In this document: piece after piece, positions 37,917-46,700 of the stretch
Layout: the number at the start of each line of letters is the position of its first letter
Position numbering within the stretch: the stretch's first letter is position 1
Assembly (NCBI GenBank): GCA_017610385.1
Contig: JAFCCC010000004.1
Location: 2,863 to 66,862, forward strand
DNA: 64,000 nt
Reading direction: 5' to 3'
From: Candidatus Nanohalarchaeota archaeon
GTDB taxonomy: Archaea > Nanohalarchaeota > Nanosalinia > Nanosalinales > JAFCCC01
Translations under genes and position numbers: made by a program
Notes under the pieces: generated by a model
Seen by the model: only the letters and a program-made list of their open reading frames with translations
The model's database searches: none
What the model was told of the DNA's origin: nothing

Positions 37917-38714
37917 ATGGAAATTTTAATTCCCTCTACGTTTGGTAGCGAAGAGCGTGATCCTAAATTAATTGCATTTAAAATAGGTCAAATTGCACGT
38001 ATTTGTGGCATCTTTGGAGTAAAAAAAATCATAATCTATAGAGATATTGATGAAAAAGTTAATACGAAACTGACTTCTGTACGCATTGAAAAATTTTTAA
38101 AATATCTTGAATGTCCACCATATCTAAGAAAATTATTAATACCATACGATAAAGAATTAAAAGAAGCAAATGTTCTTTCACCATTACAAATACCCGCTCA
38201 CGGCTACTCTGAAAAATATAGAGAGGGACTGGTTCTTAAAAATCAAAATCCCTCCATTGTAGAAGCAGGATTTAAAAACCCCGTGGAAATTAACCAAAAT
38301 CTAAAAAAAGGTTCAAGAGTAACTCTAGAAAAAACAGACTCGGGATTTAAACTAGCAGAAAAAATACACGGTTTCTGGACATTTGAAATTGAAAATCTGG
38401 ATTTAGACCTCAAAACAGTTTTAGAAGAAAAGAAAAAAGAAAATAAAATTATTATTGGAACTTCCAAAGTCGGGGAAAAAATTTCAAAAGTAAAATCACA
38501 GATAAAAAAATTGAATTTTGAAAATATAGTTATTGTTTTTGGTTGTGCCTGGAGAGGAATTCAAGAAATACTAAAGAATTGTAATGTATCTGAAAGCGAA
38601 TTAAAAACGTATTTTGATTTTATAATTAATACAATCCCAAATCAACACACTAAGACTGTTCGTACAGAAGAGGCACTCAGTATAACCTTGGGACTTTTTA
38701 ATTCTTGGGAATAA
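37917..38714 (+). CDS. SPOUT-superfamily putative RNA methyltransferase (DUF171/Methyltrn_RNA_3-like)
   Basis: From the ATG at 37917: MEILIPSTFGSEERDPKLIAFKIGQIARICGIFGVKKIIIYRD. This is the characteristic N-terminal wording of the family as I remember it. Not profile-checked. Confidence 0.6.
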   Translation: MEILIPSTFGSEERDPKLIAFKIGQIARICGIFGVKKIIIYRDIDEKVNTKLTSVRIEKFLKYLECPPYLRKLLIPYDKELKEANVLSPLQIPAHGYSEKYREGLVLKNQNPSIVEAGFKNPVEINQNLKKGSRVTLEKTDSGFKLAEKIHGFWTFEIENLDLDLKTVLEEKKKENKIIIGTSKVGEKISKVKSQIKKLNFENIVIVFGCAWRGIQEILKNCNVSESELKTYFDFIINTIPNQHTKTVRTEEALSITLGLFNSWE

Positions 38715-38720
38715 GAAAGA

Positions 38721-38975
38721 TTAAAGAAGCTCCATTCGTTCAACTTCTACTGATTGAACTCCATCAATCGCTCTGATTTTGTCCAGATTTTCATCTAGTA
38801 TTCCTTCTATGTCTTGCAGTTCCATTGCAACTTTTATTGCCTTTAATCCAAAAGCAATATCCTCCAGACCAAAATCCTTTGCATCAACAGTTTCTTTAAT
38901 TTTATTTTGAAGTTGGTCCAAATCTACATCAACACTTTCTGGCATAACTTTTAAGATTAATGCTACATTTCCCAT
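38721..38975 (-). CDS. Translation elongation factor aEF-1 beta
   Basis: MGNVALILKVMPESVDVDLDQLQNKIKETV..FGLKAIKVAMELQDIEG..IRAIDGVQSVEVERMELL. Typical ~85-aa size. ATG at 38975. Confidence 0.85.
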   Translation of the reverse strand: MGNVALILKVMPESVDVDLDQLQNKIKETVDAKDFGLEDIAFGLKAIKVAMELQDIEGILDENLDKIRAIDGVQSVEVERMELL

Positions 38976-38986
38976 AAGAATCACAT

Positions 38987-39154
38987 TTATGGACCTACAA
39001 ATCCACAGTTAGAGCAAGTATAATTATTTTTTAGTTTTTTACAATGCGCACATCTAGCAATTATTTCTTTGCCACAGTTTGGGCAAGGAAAAATAGAAAA
39101 AGTTTCTCCAGATGCCAAATTTGCACCACACGTTGAACATTCTGTAATTTTCAT
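38987..39154 (-). CDS. Zn-ribbon protein (COG2888-like, the usual upstream partner of aEF-1beta)
   Basis: Below the track cutoff. MKITECSTCGANLASGETFSIFPCPNCGKEIIARCAHCKKLKNNYTCSNCGFVGP has three CxxC pairs plus a CxxxxxxC (eight Cys) and ends ..CGFxGP. Its stop lies 11 nt before the aEF-1beta ATG. Confidence 0.7.
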   Translation of the reverse strand: MKITECSTCGANLASGETFSIFPCPNCGKEIIARCAHCKKLKNNYTCSNCGFVGP

Positions 39155-39314
39155 AATAATAACCTATATTTTGTTAGTTTATTTATCTTTTGAATTTTAC
39201 TGTATTCTATATACAGCTTTATATGATTAACTAGAAGTTCATTATTTTGACGAAATACATGAAAAGCTACTTATAATGTACTTCGTAATGGCCTAATCCC
39301 ATACAAAATTTGCT

Positions 39315-39388
39315 GCTCCTGTGGTCTAGCTGGATATGATATGACCCTGCGGAGGTCAAGATCTCGGGTTCGAATCCCGACAGGAGCG
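39315..39388 (+). tRNA. tRNA-Arg (anticodon GCG), no encoded CCA
   Basis: Acceptor GCTCCTG/CAGGAGC. Anticodon arm TGACC-CTGCGGA-GGTCA. T arm TCGGG-TTCGAAT-CCCGA. The D stem is weak (G.T, T-A, C-G, T.T). Confidence 0.85.
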
Positions 39389-39392
39389 TAAA

Positions 39393-39743
39393 ATGAAAAT
39401 AAAAAACACTACAAAAGAAATTGAATTGGAACACATTAAATTATGCAGAAGTTTTGGCAGTTTAATGAAGGGACTTATGTTTAAAAAAGAAGGAAAAGCG
39501 CTTTTAGACTTTAAGAGAGAAGGTTTTTATGGTATTTGGATGCTTTTTATGCGATTTTCAATTGATATGGCCTTTCTGGATAAAAATAAAGAAATTATAG
39601 ACCTTAAACGAAATGTACAACCAATTAGTATAAATCCAAAAACGTGGAAAACATTTTACCCCAAAAAACGTGCAAGATATGTATTAGAAGTTGAACACGG
39701 AAGATTAGATCAATTTACTATTGGGGATCATTTAGATTTTTAA
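39393..39743 (+). CDS. DUF192-family protein
   Basis: ..LMKGLMFKKEGKALLDF..GIWMLFMRFSIDMAFLDKNKEIIDLKRNV.P....KRARYVLEVEHG fits the DUF192 pattern (GLM...M.nt..pLD..F.d....yvLE...G) from memory. Confidence 0.6.
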   Translation: MKIKNTTKEIELEHIKLCRSFGSLMKGLMFKKEGKALLDFKREGFYGIWMLFMRFSIDMAFLDKNKEIIDLKRNVQPISINPKTWKTFYPKKRARYVLEVEHGRLDQFTIGDHLDF

Positions 39744-39831
39744 TGGGTCGGGAGAGGTCCTTATCTTTTTAGGTAAGGGTTCGATAGAGAAGTAATCTTA
39801 ACGAAGTTTGTAAGGAAATAACTTTCTTTTT

Positions 39832-41526
39832 TTATGATTTTGGATGTTCGTGACCCAATTTTTTTCTATTTTCCAAGTATTTTTTATGTTCTTCTTGTTC
39901 GTTTAAAAAAGCATTAAGATCCAATTTATAGTTCTCAATCATTATGGATACGTGCGAACCTCCCAGAAAATGAGGTAAGATTACATAAGTAGCTCCTCTA
40001 GAATATAATTCAATTGCATCATTTACTGTATCTGAAACCACCAGAATAATCGAATCTGAGTTTATTTCTCTAACTTTATCTATTATTAGAAAATTTGTTT
40101 CTAAATCAGGAATGGTGGATACAATTAGCTTCATCTGTGCCAAATTTAATTCATTTAAGAATTCTTCGTCATCTGCGTCTCCATATCTGCATGCTATTCC
40201 TTCTTTGCATAGATTCTGAATGATTTCGGGATTATAATCCACAACGAGGAAATTCTTTTTTAATTTTTTGAACGCCTCTAGAATGTCATATCCTATTCTA
40301 TTATATCCAAATAAAATCAATTCCTGATTTCCTACCCATTCTTTAGTATCTTTCATTCTTTCTCTTTCAAAAACAGATATATATTGAGATACATGTTTGT
40401 ATATCTTATCAGAGTAGGTTATTAGATACGTAGAACCTGAAATAGTGATTAAACCCACAATAGTAACTAAAGAGAGAATTTCTGCATTTAAGTGACCCAA
40501 TGATAGCCCCAATGAAACAAGGATTAAAGAAAATTCACTTATTTGCGCTACGGTAAGTCCTGCTTGGAATCCAACCTTTTTCTTATATCCTAAGGCGCCC
40601 ATTAAAATCATCACAATTAGCGGATTTCCTACCAGTATGAACAATGAAAAAATTAGAGCAGGAACAATTAATTGAGAAATATTTCCAAAAACCATTTGAG
40701 AGCCTAAAAGAATAAAAAACAAAATAATAAAGAAATCCCGTAAAGGCCTCATTCTAGAGCTAATTTCATAGTGATACGGAGACATAGAAAGGGCAATCCC
40801 GGCAATTAATGCTCCAATTTCCATTGAAAATCCTAGATAATAAAATAGTGCCGCCAGACCTAAGCCCCAACCAATTGAAAATAAGAATAAATATTCTTGA
40901 GATTTTGCGAAAAAACTAGACAATTTTGGAAGACCGAAAATGCTTATTAGAATAAACGCCACAATCGATAAAACCGCCAAAACAATGGACCATACGGAAA
41001 TACTCATTAGGCTTGTTCTATTTGAAACTGAAGAAACAATCATTAAAAGGACAATGACAAAAATGTCCTGAACCAATAAAAATCCTATTGAAATTTTTCC
41101 ATATAGTTTTTCTAAATCTTTCTTATCCGATAGCAACTTCATAATGATGATCGTGCTGCTAAAAGTTAGCGCTATCGCAATATATGCTGAGACAAGTGCA
41201 GAGAATCCTAATAATAAACTTATAAGAAAACCAATCAATGATGTAAAAATGATTTGACCTAAACCTGTAATGATGGAAACTTTTCCTACTTCTTTTATCA
41301 CCTTAGGACTTAGGCTTAGGCCAACCACAAAAAGAAGAAAGGCCACCCCAATACGAGAAAAAAGAGTTATTGTTTCTGTAGAATGAACAAGATCAAGAAG
41401 ATAAGGACTAACCAATATGCCCGTCAAAATGTAACCAATGATGAGGGGTTGTTTTAATAATCTCATTACCCCTGCGATTAGAACCGTTATTACAATTATT
41501 AGACTTAATTCTAGAAAGATTTCCAT
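39832..41526 (-). CDS. Kef-type monovalent cation:proton antiporter (CPA2) with C-terminal RCK/TrkA-N domain
   Basis: ~12 hydrophobic helices starting MEIFLELSLIIVITVLIAGVMRLLKQPLIIGYILTGILVSP. The C-terminal soluble part ELILFGYNRIGYDILEAF..VVDYNPE is Rossmann-like. Confidence 0.8.
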   Translation of the reverse strand: MEIFLELSLIIVITVLIAGVMRLLKQPLIIGYILTGILVSPYLLDLVHSTETITLFSRIGVAFLLFVVGLSLSPKVIKEVGKVSIITGLGQIIFTSLIGFLISLLLGFSALVSAYIAIALTFSSTIIIMKLLSDKKDLEKLYGKISIGFLLVQDIFVIVLLMIVSSVSNRTSLMSISVWSIVLAVLSIVAFILISIFGLPKLSSFFAKSQEYLFLFSIGWGLGLAALFYYLGFSMEIGALIAGIALSMSPYHYEISSRMRPLRDFFIILFFILLGSQMVFGNISQLIVPALIFSLFILVGNPLIVMILMGALGYKKKVGFQAGLTVAQISEFSLILVSLGLSLGHLNAEILSLVTIVGLITISGSTYLITYSDKIYKHVSQYISVFERERMKDTKEWVGNQELILFGYNRIGYDILEAFKKLKKNFLVVDYNPEIIQNLCKEGIACRYGDADDEEFLNELNLAQMKLIVSTIPDLETNFLIIDKVREINSDSIILVVSDTVNDAIELYSRGATYVILPHFLGGSHVSIMIENYKLDLNAFLNEQEEHKKYLENRKKLGHEHPKS

Positions 41527-41529
41527 ATT

Positions 41530-42033
41530 CTAACTCCTCTGCAAAAACTTAATTACACTGCTAGGGGTTACAACACCAACAACTTTTTCTTTTTCATTTA
41601 GTACTGGAATATATGAGAACCCTTCTTTGTGGATTAATTCTATCACCTCTTTTAAAGAGTCCGAAAACTTTACAGTGGATCTGTGTTCATTAACTAGCTC
41701 TTTAGCAGATTTATACAAAAATTTACGAGTATATGCAACACCTAATTTTTGAGTAATCGAATCATTTAATTGTTCCAAAAAAAGATTAATTAAAACCTTA
41801 ACGTCGATTTCTCCCACGAATTTTTTATCGTTTGTAACCACAATACAAACTTCAGTATCTTCTCTCTTCAATTTCCTCATAATTTTTTTTGCGCTATCAT
41901 CCGTTTTGAGTAATACTGGTTTAATCATTACATCTTTCGCAGTTTTACCTATGTGATAACCGTCCATCTCAAGTAAATTTGATAATTCTTCTGCTTGATT
42001 CTCTCTTAATTTCTTAATTTTGACATTTTCCAT
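41530..42033 (-). CDS. CBS-domain pair protein
   Basis: Two CBS-like units (..AKDVMIKPVLLKTDDSAKKIMRKL.. and ..ELVNEHRSTVKFSDSLKEVIELIHKEGFSYIPVLNEKEKVVGVVT). Its stop lies 3 nt from the Kef start. Confidence 0.7.
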   Translation of the reverse strand: MENVKIKKLRENQAEELSNLLEMDGYHIGKTAKDVMIKPVLLKTDDSAKKIMRKLKREDTEVCIVVTNDKKFVGEIDVKVLINLFLEQLNDSITQKLGVAYTRKFLYKSAKELVNEHRSTVKFSDSLKEVIELIHKEGFSYIPVLNEKEKVVGVVTPSSVIKFLQRS

Positions 42034-42157
42034 CTAGAATCCCTTATGGGAAAATATGACCAAGAGTCCTTTTAAATGTTTCCATATTTCTCAATTAAGC
42101 AACTATGCAATATGAAATATTATTTCATACGAAAACAAAACCAACATAAAAGCGAAA

Positions 42158-42433
42158 TTATTTTTTCATTAATTTTACAACGCTATCATAAATCTTGAAA
42201 AATTGTTTTAATTCTTTAAATTTTAAGAAGTAATATTTTTCAGGATGCTCTCTTTCAAAATTTAAAAAACCCAAATCATACAACAATTTAAGATGTTTTG
42301 ATGCGGAAGACTCTGTTATGTTTAATTGTTCCGCAACTTCATGAACTGAAACCCTTTGTTTCTTATACAGAATATGAAATATGTCTCGTCTTATCTTAGA
42401 TCTTATTGCTCTGGCCAATTTTTCATCTGGCAT
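42158..42433 (-). CDS. ArsR/SmtB-like small wHTH transcription regulator
   Basis: AIRSKIRRDIFHILYKKQRVSVHEVAEQLNITESSASKHLKLLYDLGFL. Confidence 0.65.
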   Translation of the reverse strand: MPDEKLARAIRSKIRRDIFHILYKKQRVSVHEVAEQLNITESSASKHLKLLYDLGFLNFEREHPEKYYFLKFKELKQFFKIYDSVVKLMKK

Positions 42434-42582
42434 ATTATATAATAGGGTGTTAGGGTTTTAATTAATTACTTTTTATTCTTCCCCCAGATTGCATAGACCC
42501 TCCATGATAGATTCGTATGTGATTCGGTTTGGGTCCGAAAAATTATTGTCTCAAACGTACGGGATTCGTATAGGGGTGTATT

Positions 42583-42655
42583 TGGGTCTGGGGAGAATCG
42601 AACTCCCGACCTTTGCCTTGTAAGGGCAACGTCATAACCCCTAGACCACAGACCC
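42583..42655 (-). tRNA. tRNA-Val (anticodon TAC), no encoded CCA
   Basis: The reverse complement is GGGTCTG TG GTCT AGGGGTTA TGAC G TTGCC CTTACAA GGCAA AGGTC GGGAG TTCGATT CTCCC CAGACCC A, a full cloverleaf. Confidence 0.9.
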
Positions 42656-42882
42656 AAAATTTCTGAAAGTTTCACTGACTGACAAATCAAAGAGCGTTCA
42701 TTTCTGTTTAATTTAAATTAGGCCCTTCACAGCCACACGAAACACAATACACTATAATTCCTTTTTCAAAAAAGTTTTTAAATGTGTGTTGTTGATAATT
42801 GACTTTTTGAAAGGTTTGTATGTTGTTAAGTTAGTTGTTTGTATTCTATTTAGTTATATTATACGTGACTTTATCAGATTAT

Positions 42883-42988
42883 TTTTGTGAAGGTTGCCTC
42901 ACAGAGTGAGTGCAGCCTAAAGCGTTAACCGATTTCGCGGTTACTTTTGTGAAGGTTGCCTCACAGAGTGAGTGCAGCCTAAAGCGTT
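42883..42988. repeat. Perfect 44-bp direct repeat (period 62 bp), each copy containing a GC-rich hairpin
   Basis: TTTTGTGAAGGTTGCCTCACAGAGTGAGTGCAGCCTAAAGCGTT occurs at 42883..42926 and 42945..42988 (44/44 identical). Internal hairpin GGTTGC-CTCAC-aga-GTGAG-t-GCAGCC (42892..42917 in copy 1). Confidence 0.9.
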
Positions 42989-43046
42989 GATTAACTTGAC
43001 CGGAAAATATAATTTAATGTTAAGTTAGCCCAATCACGTTAATCAA

Positions 43047-43078
43047 TTAACCGATTTCGCGGTTATCCGAGCGCTCGG
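43047..43078. promoter_or_regulatory. Two palindromes upstream of the glycosylase gene; the first also occurs in the 44-bp repeat spacer
   Basis: TTAACCGATTTCGCGGTTA (43047..43065) is identical to 42925..42943 and contains TAACCG/CGGTTA arms. CCGAGCGCTCGG (43067..43078) is a perfect 12-bp palindrome 36 nt before ATG 43115. The regulatory role is a guess. Confidence 0.3.
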
Positions 43079-43114
43079 AGTTAAAAATAAAAATACTCAA
43101 TCCAAAGTAAAAAA

Positions 43115-43741
43115 ATGAATATTAAAGAACAAATCAAAGTTCTAAAAGAAAAAGATCCAATTTTAGGAGAAGTAATAGATCAAATTGGCATAATTACCAT
43201 ACCTCACAAAGAGGAAAATACGTTTATTGCGCTGTCAAACACAATAATTTATCAACAATTAGCAGGAAATGCCGCCAAATCCATTTATGGACGATTTAAA
43301 GCACTTTGTAATAATGAAATAGCCCCAAAAAAAGTGCAGAGTTTATCTCTCGAAGAATTAAGAACTGCGGGTCTCTCTGAGCGAAAAGCTTTATATCTGA
43401 AGGACCTCGCAAGGAACTTTATTAAAGGTATGATTCTTCCTGAAAACTTTAGTAAATTAAGTAATGAAAAAATTATGGAAAAACTAATGGCTGTAAAAGG
43501 AATTGGTCCATGGACTGTAGAAATGTTTTTAATATTTAACCTAAATCGGCCAGATGTTTTTTCAGCCAAAGATTTGGGATTGCATAAGGGAATTTGTAAA
43601 TTATACAATAAAAAGTATCCTTTAACAGAAAAAGAATTAAATGAAATCGCAGAAAAATGGAGTCCGCATAGAACTCTAGCTTCTTTATATTTATGGAAAA
43701 TTAAAGACCGCGTGAATTTTGAGCCAATGTTTATTGATTAA
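43115..43741 (+). CDS. HhH-GPD DNA glycosylase (AlkA / 3-methyladenine glycosylase II-like)
   Basis: IIYQQLAGNAAKSIYGRF.., HhH LMAVKGIGPWTVEMFLIFNLNRPDVFSAKDLGLHKGI with the conserved Asp. Confidence 0.8.
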   Translation: MNIKEQIKVLKEKDPILGEVIDQIGIITIPHKEENTFIALSNTIIYQQLAGNAAKSIYGRFKALCNNEIAPKKVQSLSLEELRTAGLSERKALYLKDLARNFIKGMILPENFSKLSNEKIMEKLMAVKGIGPWTVEMFLIFNLNRPDVFSAKDLGLHKGICKLYNKKYPLTEKELNEIAEKWSPHRTLASLYLWKIKDRVNFEPMFID

Positions 43742-46700
43742 ATTTGTTTTCCAGTAATCGCATCAATAACTATCTTTTGAGTTGCGTAATATGGGTAATA
43801 AATTATATCTGCTCCATCTATTTCCCCTTTAATTACTTTTTTGGCCCGAGAAACCGCGTTATTTCTTGAATAGTCTATTTCTAATACTTTAGCATTCTGA
43901 GCGTCTACTTTTCCTATATTTGCAAATGGATTTTCTTTACCAGAATAAAATGTTTTTTCACCATCCAGAAATCTCTTAACAAATTTTTGAGAAACCAGAT
44001 GATCTAGCATTGCTGAAAGATCACTAAAACTTATTGATAACTTTTCAATTAATTCATTTTTTGTTCTAGGTTTTAAACTAACTATATTCAATAATTCAAG
44101 TTCTCCACCACTTAAATTCGGACTTCTAAATTTAAGTTCGCCATTTTTTCCATCTAACACCAATTTTAAATTTCCAGAAGTTATGACCCAAAGCGGATAA
44201 TATACTTCTTTCATGGATTCTCTAAGTTTTTTTTCAAAATAATCTTTCGAATACTTTGGAGAAAATATTTTCAACATTTTAGTAGATTCTGTCATTACTT
44301 TCATTTCTCCACCATGTTTAGTTTTCCTGACTCGTATTTCAGTCATAATTGGATAGTCTTTTCCTAAAACCAAGCCCACACCAGACGGAAGTCCACGTAT
44401 AGCTCCCTTAACGCTTTTTGTAACTCCCTCAAAGGATTTAGAAATAGCGTTTAAATCGCTTGGATTGGTAACCCTTAAAATAACTTGTGTATTGCACTGG
44501 GATAAAATATTATTATCTATTCTAGCAGGTCTTTGAGAAACAACAATTAATCCTAGACCGAATTTTCTTCCTTCTGATGCAATAGACATTAATGTGTTAG
44601 AACTTGCCGCCTTTCCAATATTCCTCTCAGGAATAAAATTGTGTGCTTCCTCAATTAACATTAAAAAAGGACTAACTTCCCCTCTTTTTCTTAAATAAAA
44701 TAGATTTTTAGAAAGTAAATGCACAATAATTTCTTGGGTTTTTGGTGCAACACCCTTCAAGTTAATTAATGTTGCTTGCCCAGGTTTTATTAAATTTTTG
44801 AGTTCTGTGGGATTTTTAGAAAATAGACTGCTTTTTCTAAGTAATTCTAGTAAATTAATCAAACCCCACTTTGCTTTGGATTCTGACGCCGTACAAAAAG
44901 AGAGTATATCATCCAAAGAATAGTTTTTACCTTCTAACTCTCTCAAAATTGTATATAAAATACCTAATTGAGAATTAGTTAATTTAGATGGTAAAACATC
45001 CATAATATCTTGTGCTTTCAAATTCATTTCTGAGAAAGTTAATAATTGTGCTTCACTATTCACACTGGATTCCCCAGTAAATTCAACAACTTTGTAACTT
45101 TTTGGAGTTACTTCAAATTTTTCCTGTTGTTCCTTAGTAATTTTATTTTTGGTTCCTAAACTATGATATTCTCCATGTGGATCTATTATTAATACTGGAT
45201 AATTTTTGTCTAATAGTTCTTCACATACGACCCCAGCAAGATAACTATTATGAGAAACAATTCCTCCTCGCCCAGCTATAAAAGTATGGGTGTCGTCTAC
45301 AGTGAGATCATAAACATACCCATCATCACTAGTTTTTTCATTAATTTCTGTAATTTGATCCCAAAATATATCCGAATCAGCCAACAAACTTATTTTTTTA
45401 GAAGGCAAAACTTCTTTCAGTTTTTTAACAGCCTCTCGAGACGGAAATCTGTTTTCTAACTCATATCTACTAATAATCATATCACTCATTCCAATTCTCT
45501 TACTTAACTCCATTTGAGATAAACCATTTTCTTTTCGGGTTCGAAGAATTTCTGGCCCAAGATGGGGTATAATATCTACATTTGTATTTCCTTTTGTGTT
45601 GTTAACATAAGATTTTAGTTTTTCTTGTTTTCGTTTTATAGAAAATCCAATACGGTCTGAAAATTTACAAAGATTTCCAGCGCCACTAATTGAGACTTCA
45701 TAATACCAATTACCAGAATGATTTGAATTAGTTGCTTTTTTAAATGACTTCCTCAGCCTTGCGACAATCTTAAAGTTTAATAGCAAATACATGATCTTAT
45801 TGGCTATATCTTTGCTTGCACTGGATAGTGTAACCGCACAATTTTCCATACAGCCTTCACAATCATAAAAAGTTCTTAAAAATGATTTCTTACAGTTTAT
45901 ATCTGACTTTAAAATGCAATCCGGAATATTTTTCTCCCGAGATTTATGACTTACCTCATATCCAATGCATTCCAAAAATAATTTTAAAGATTTAGAATCA
46001 ATATATCGTGCACAATCTGAGAACTTGCCGGTTTTTAATCCAAAAAGCTTCATTCCAAGATTTGAGAATCTTCGTAATAGTTTTTCATCATAATTAGTAA
46101 AAATGATTCTGAAACTAGTTTTATCTACTTCAGCTCCCTCTGCAATACTCAATGCAAGAAATTCTGCTAAATCGGGACTCATCGCAGTGGGATATGAAAT
46201 GGCCTTACTAAATTTTGAATGTATTAATATACAACCTCGTGAAGAATTAAGGGGCGAATCGTCCTCGTAGATCCAATTATCAATAGTCTTTCTTTTTTCA
46301 GGAATACCCAAAATATTACAAATTCTTTGTGCCCCAAAACCTTCTTCTCTTAATCGCATAACTTTTGTATACGTCTTTTTTGCTTCTTTTCTTAAGTCGT
46401 TGATCTGATTACTTTGTTCTAAAACAGATTCGGGAATCTTCAAATCATTTTTACTGTTTACCAAGGTTTTTCTTGGAATTGCAATATAGTCCCCTTTCTT
46501 TAGAACACGAGACTCCTTAAATTGAACTTCGTCTTGAATTGTAAGCAAAGGATGTTCTTCAGAAACCTCTATTTTTCTCCCAGAGGCAGTTCTAAGTTCT
46601 AATATTTTATCGCATTTTTTCCTGTATGCAAAACTTGCTGGAGATGTTTTTAGTTTTAAATTTTTATCTATAGATTGCACGAAAACATTTTCAAGTGATA

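Noticed and set aside
42466-42690. 74-aa ORF on the minus strand
   Set aside because: It is fully explained by tRNA-Val (42583..42655), whose cloverleaf is complete. The ORF is a read-through of the tRNA gene.
42883-42988. Possible mini-CRISPR array
   Set aside because: There are only two repeat copies, the repeat (44 bp) is longer than the 18-bp spacer, and no cas genes are in the window.
42700-43110. Split tRNA half or other tRNA fragment (as in Nanoarchaeum)
   Set aside because: There is no T-arm (GTTCRAATC) or D-arm consensus, and no anticodon-stem-like continuation next to the GC-rich hairpins.
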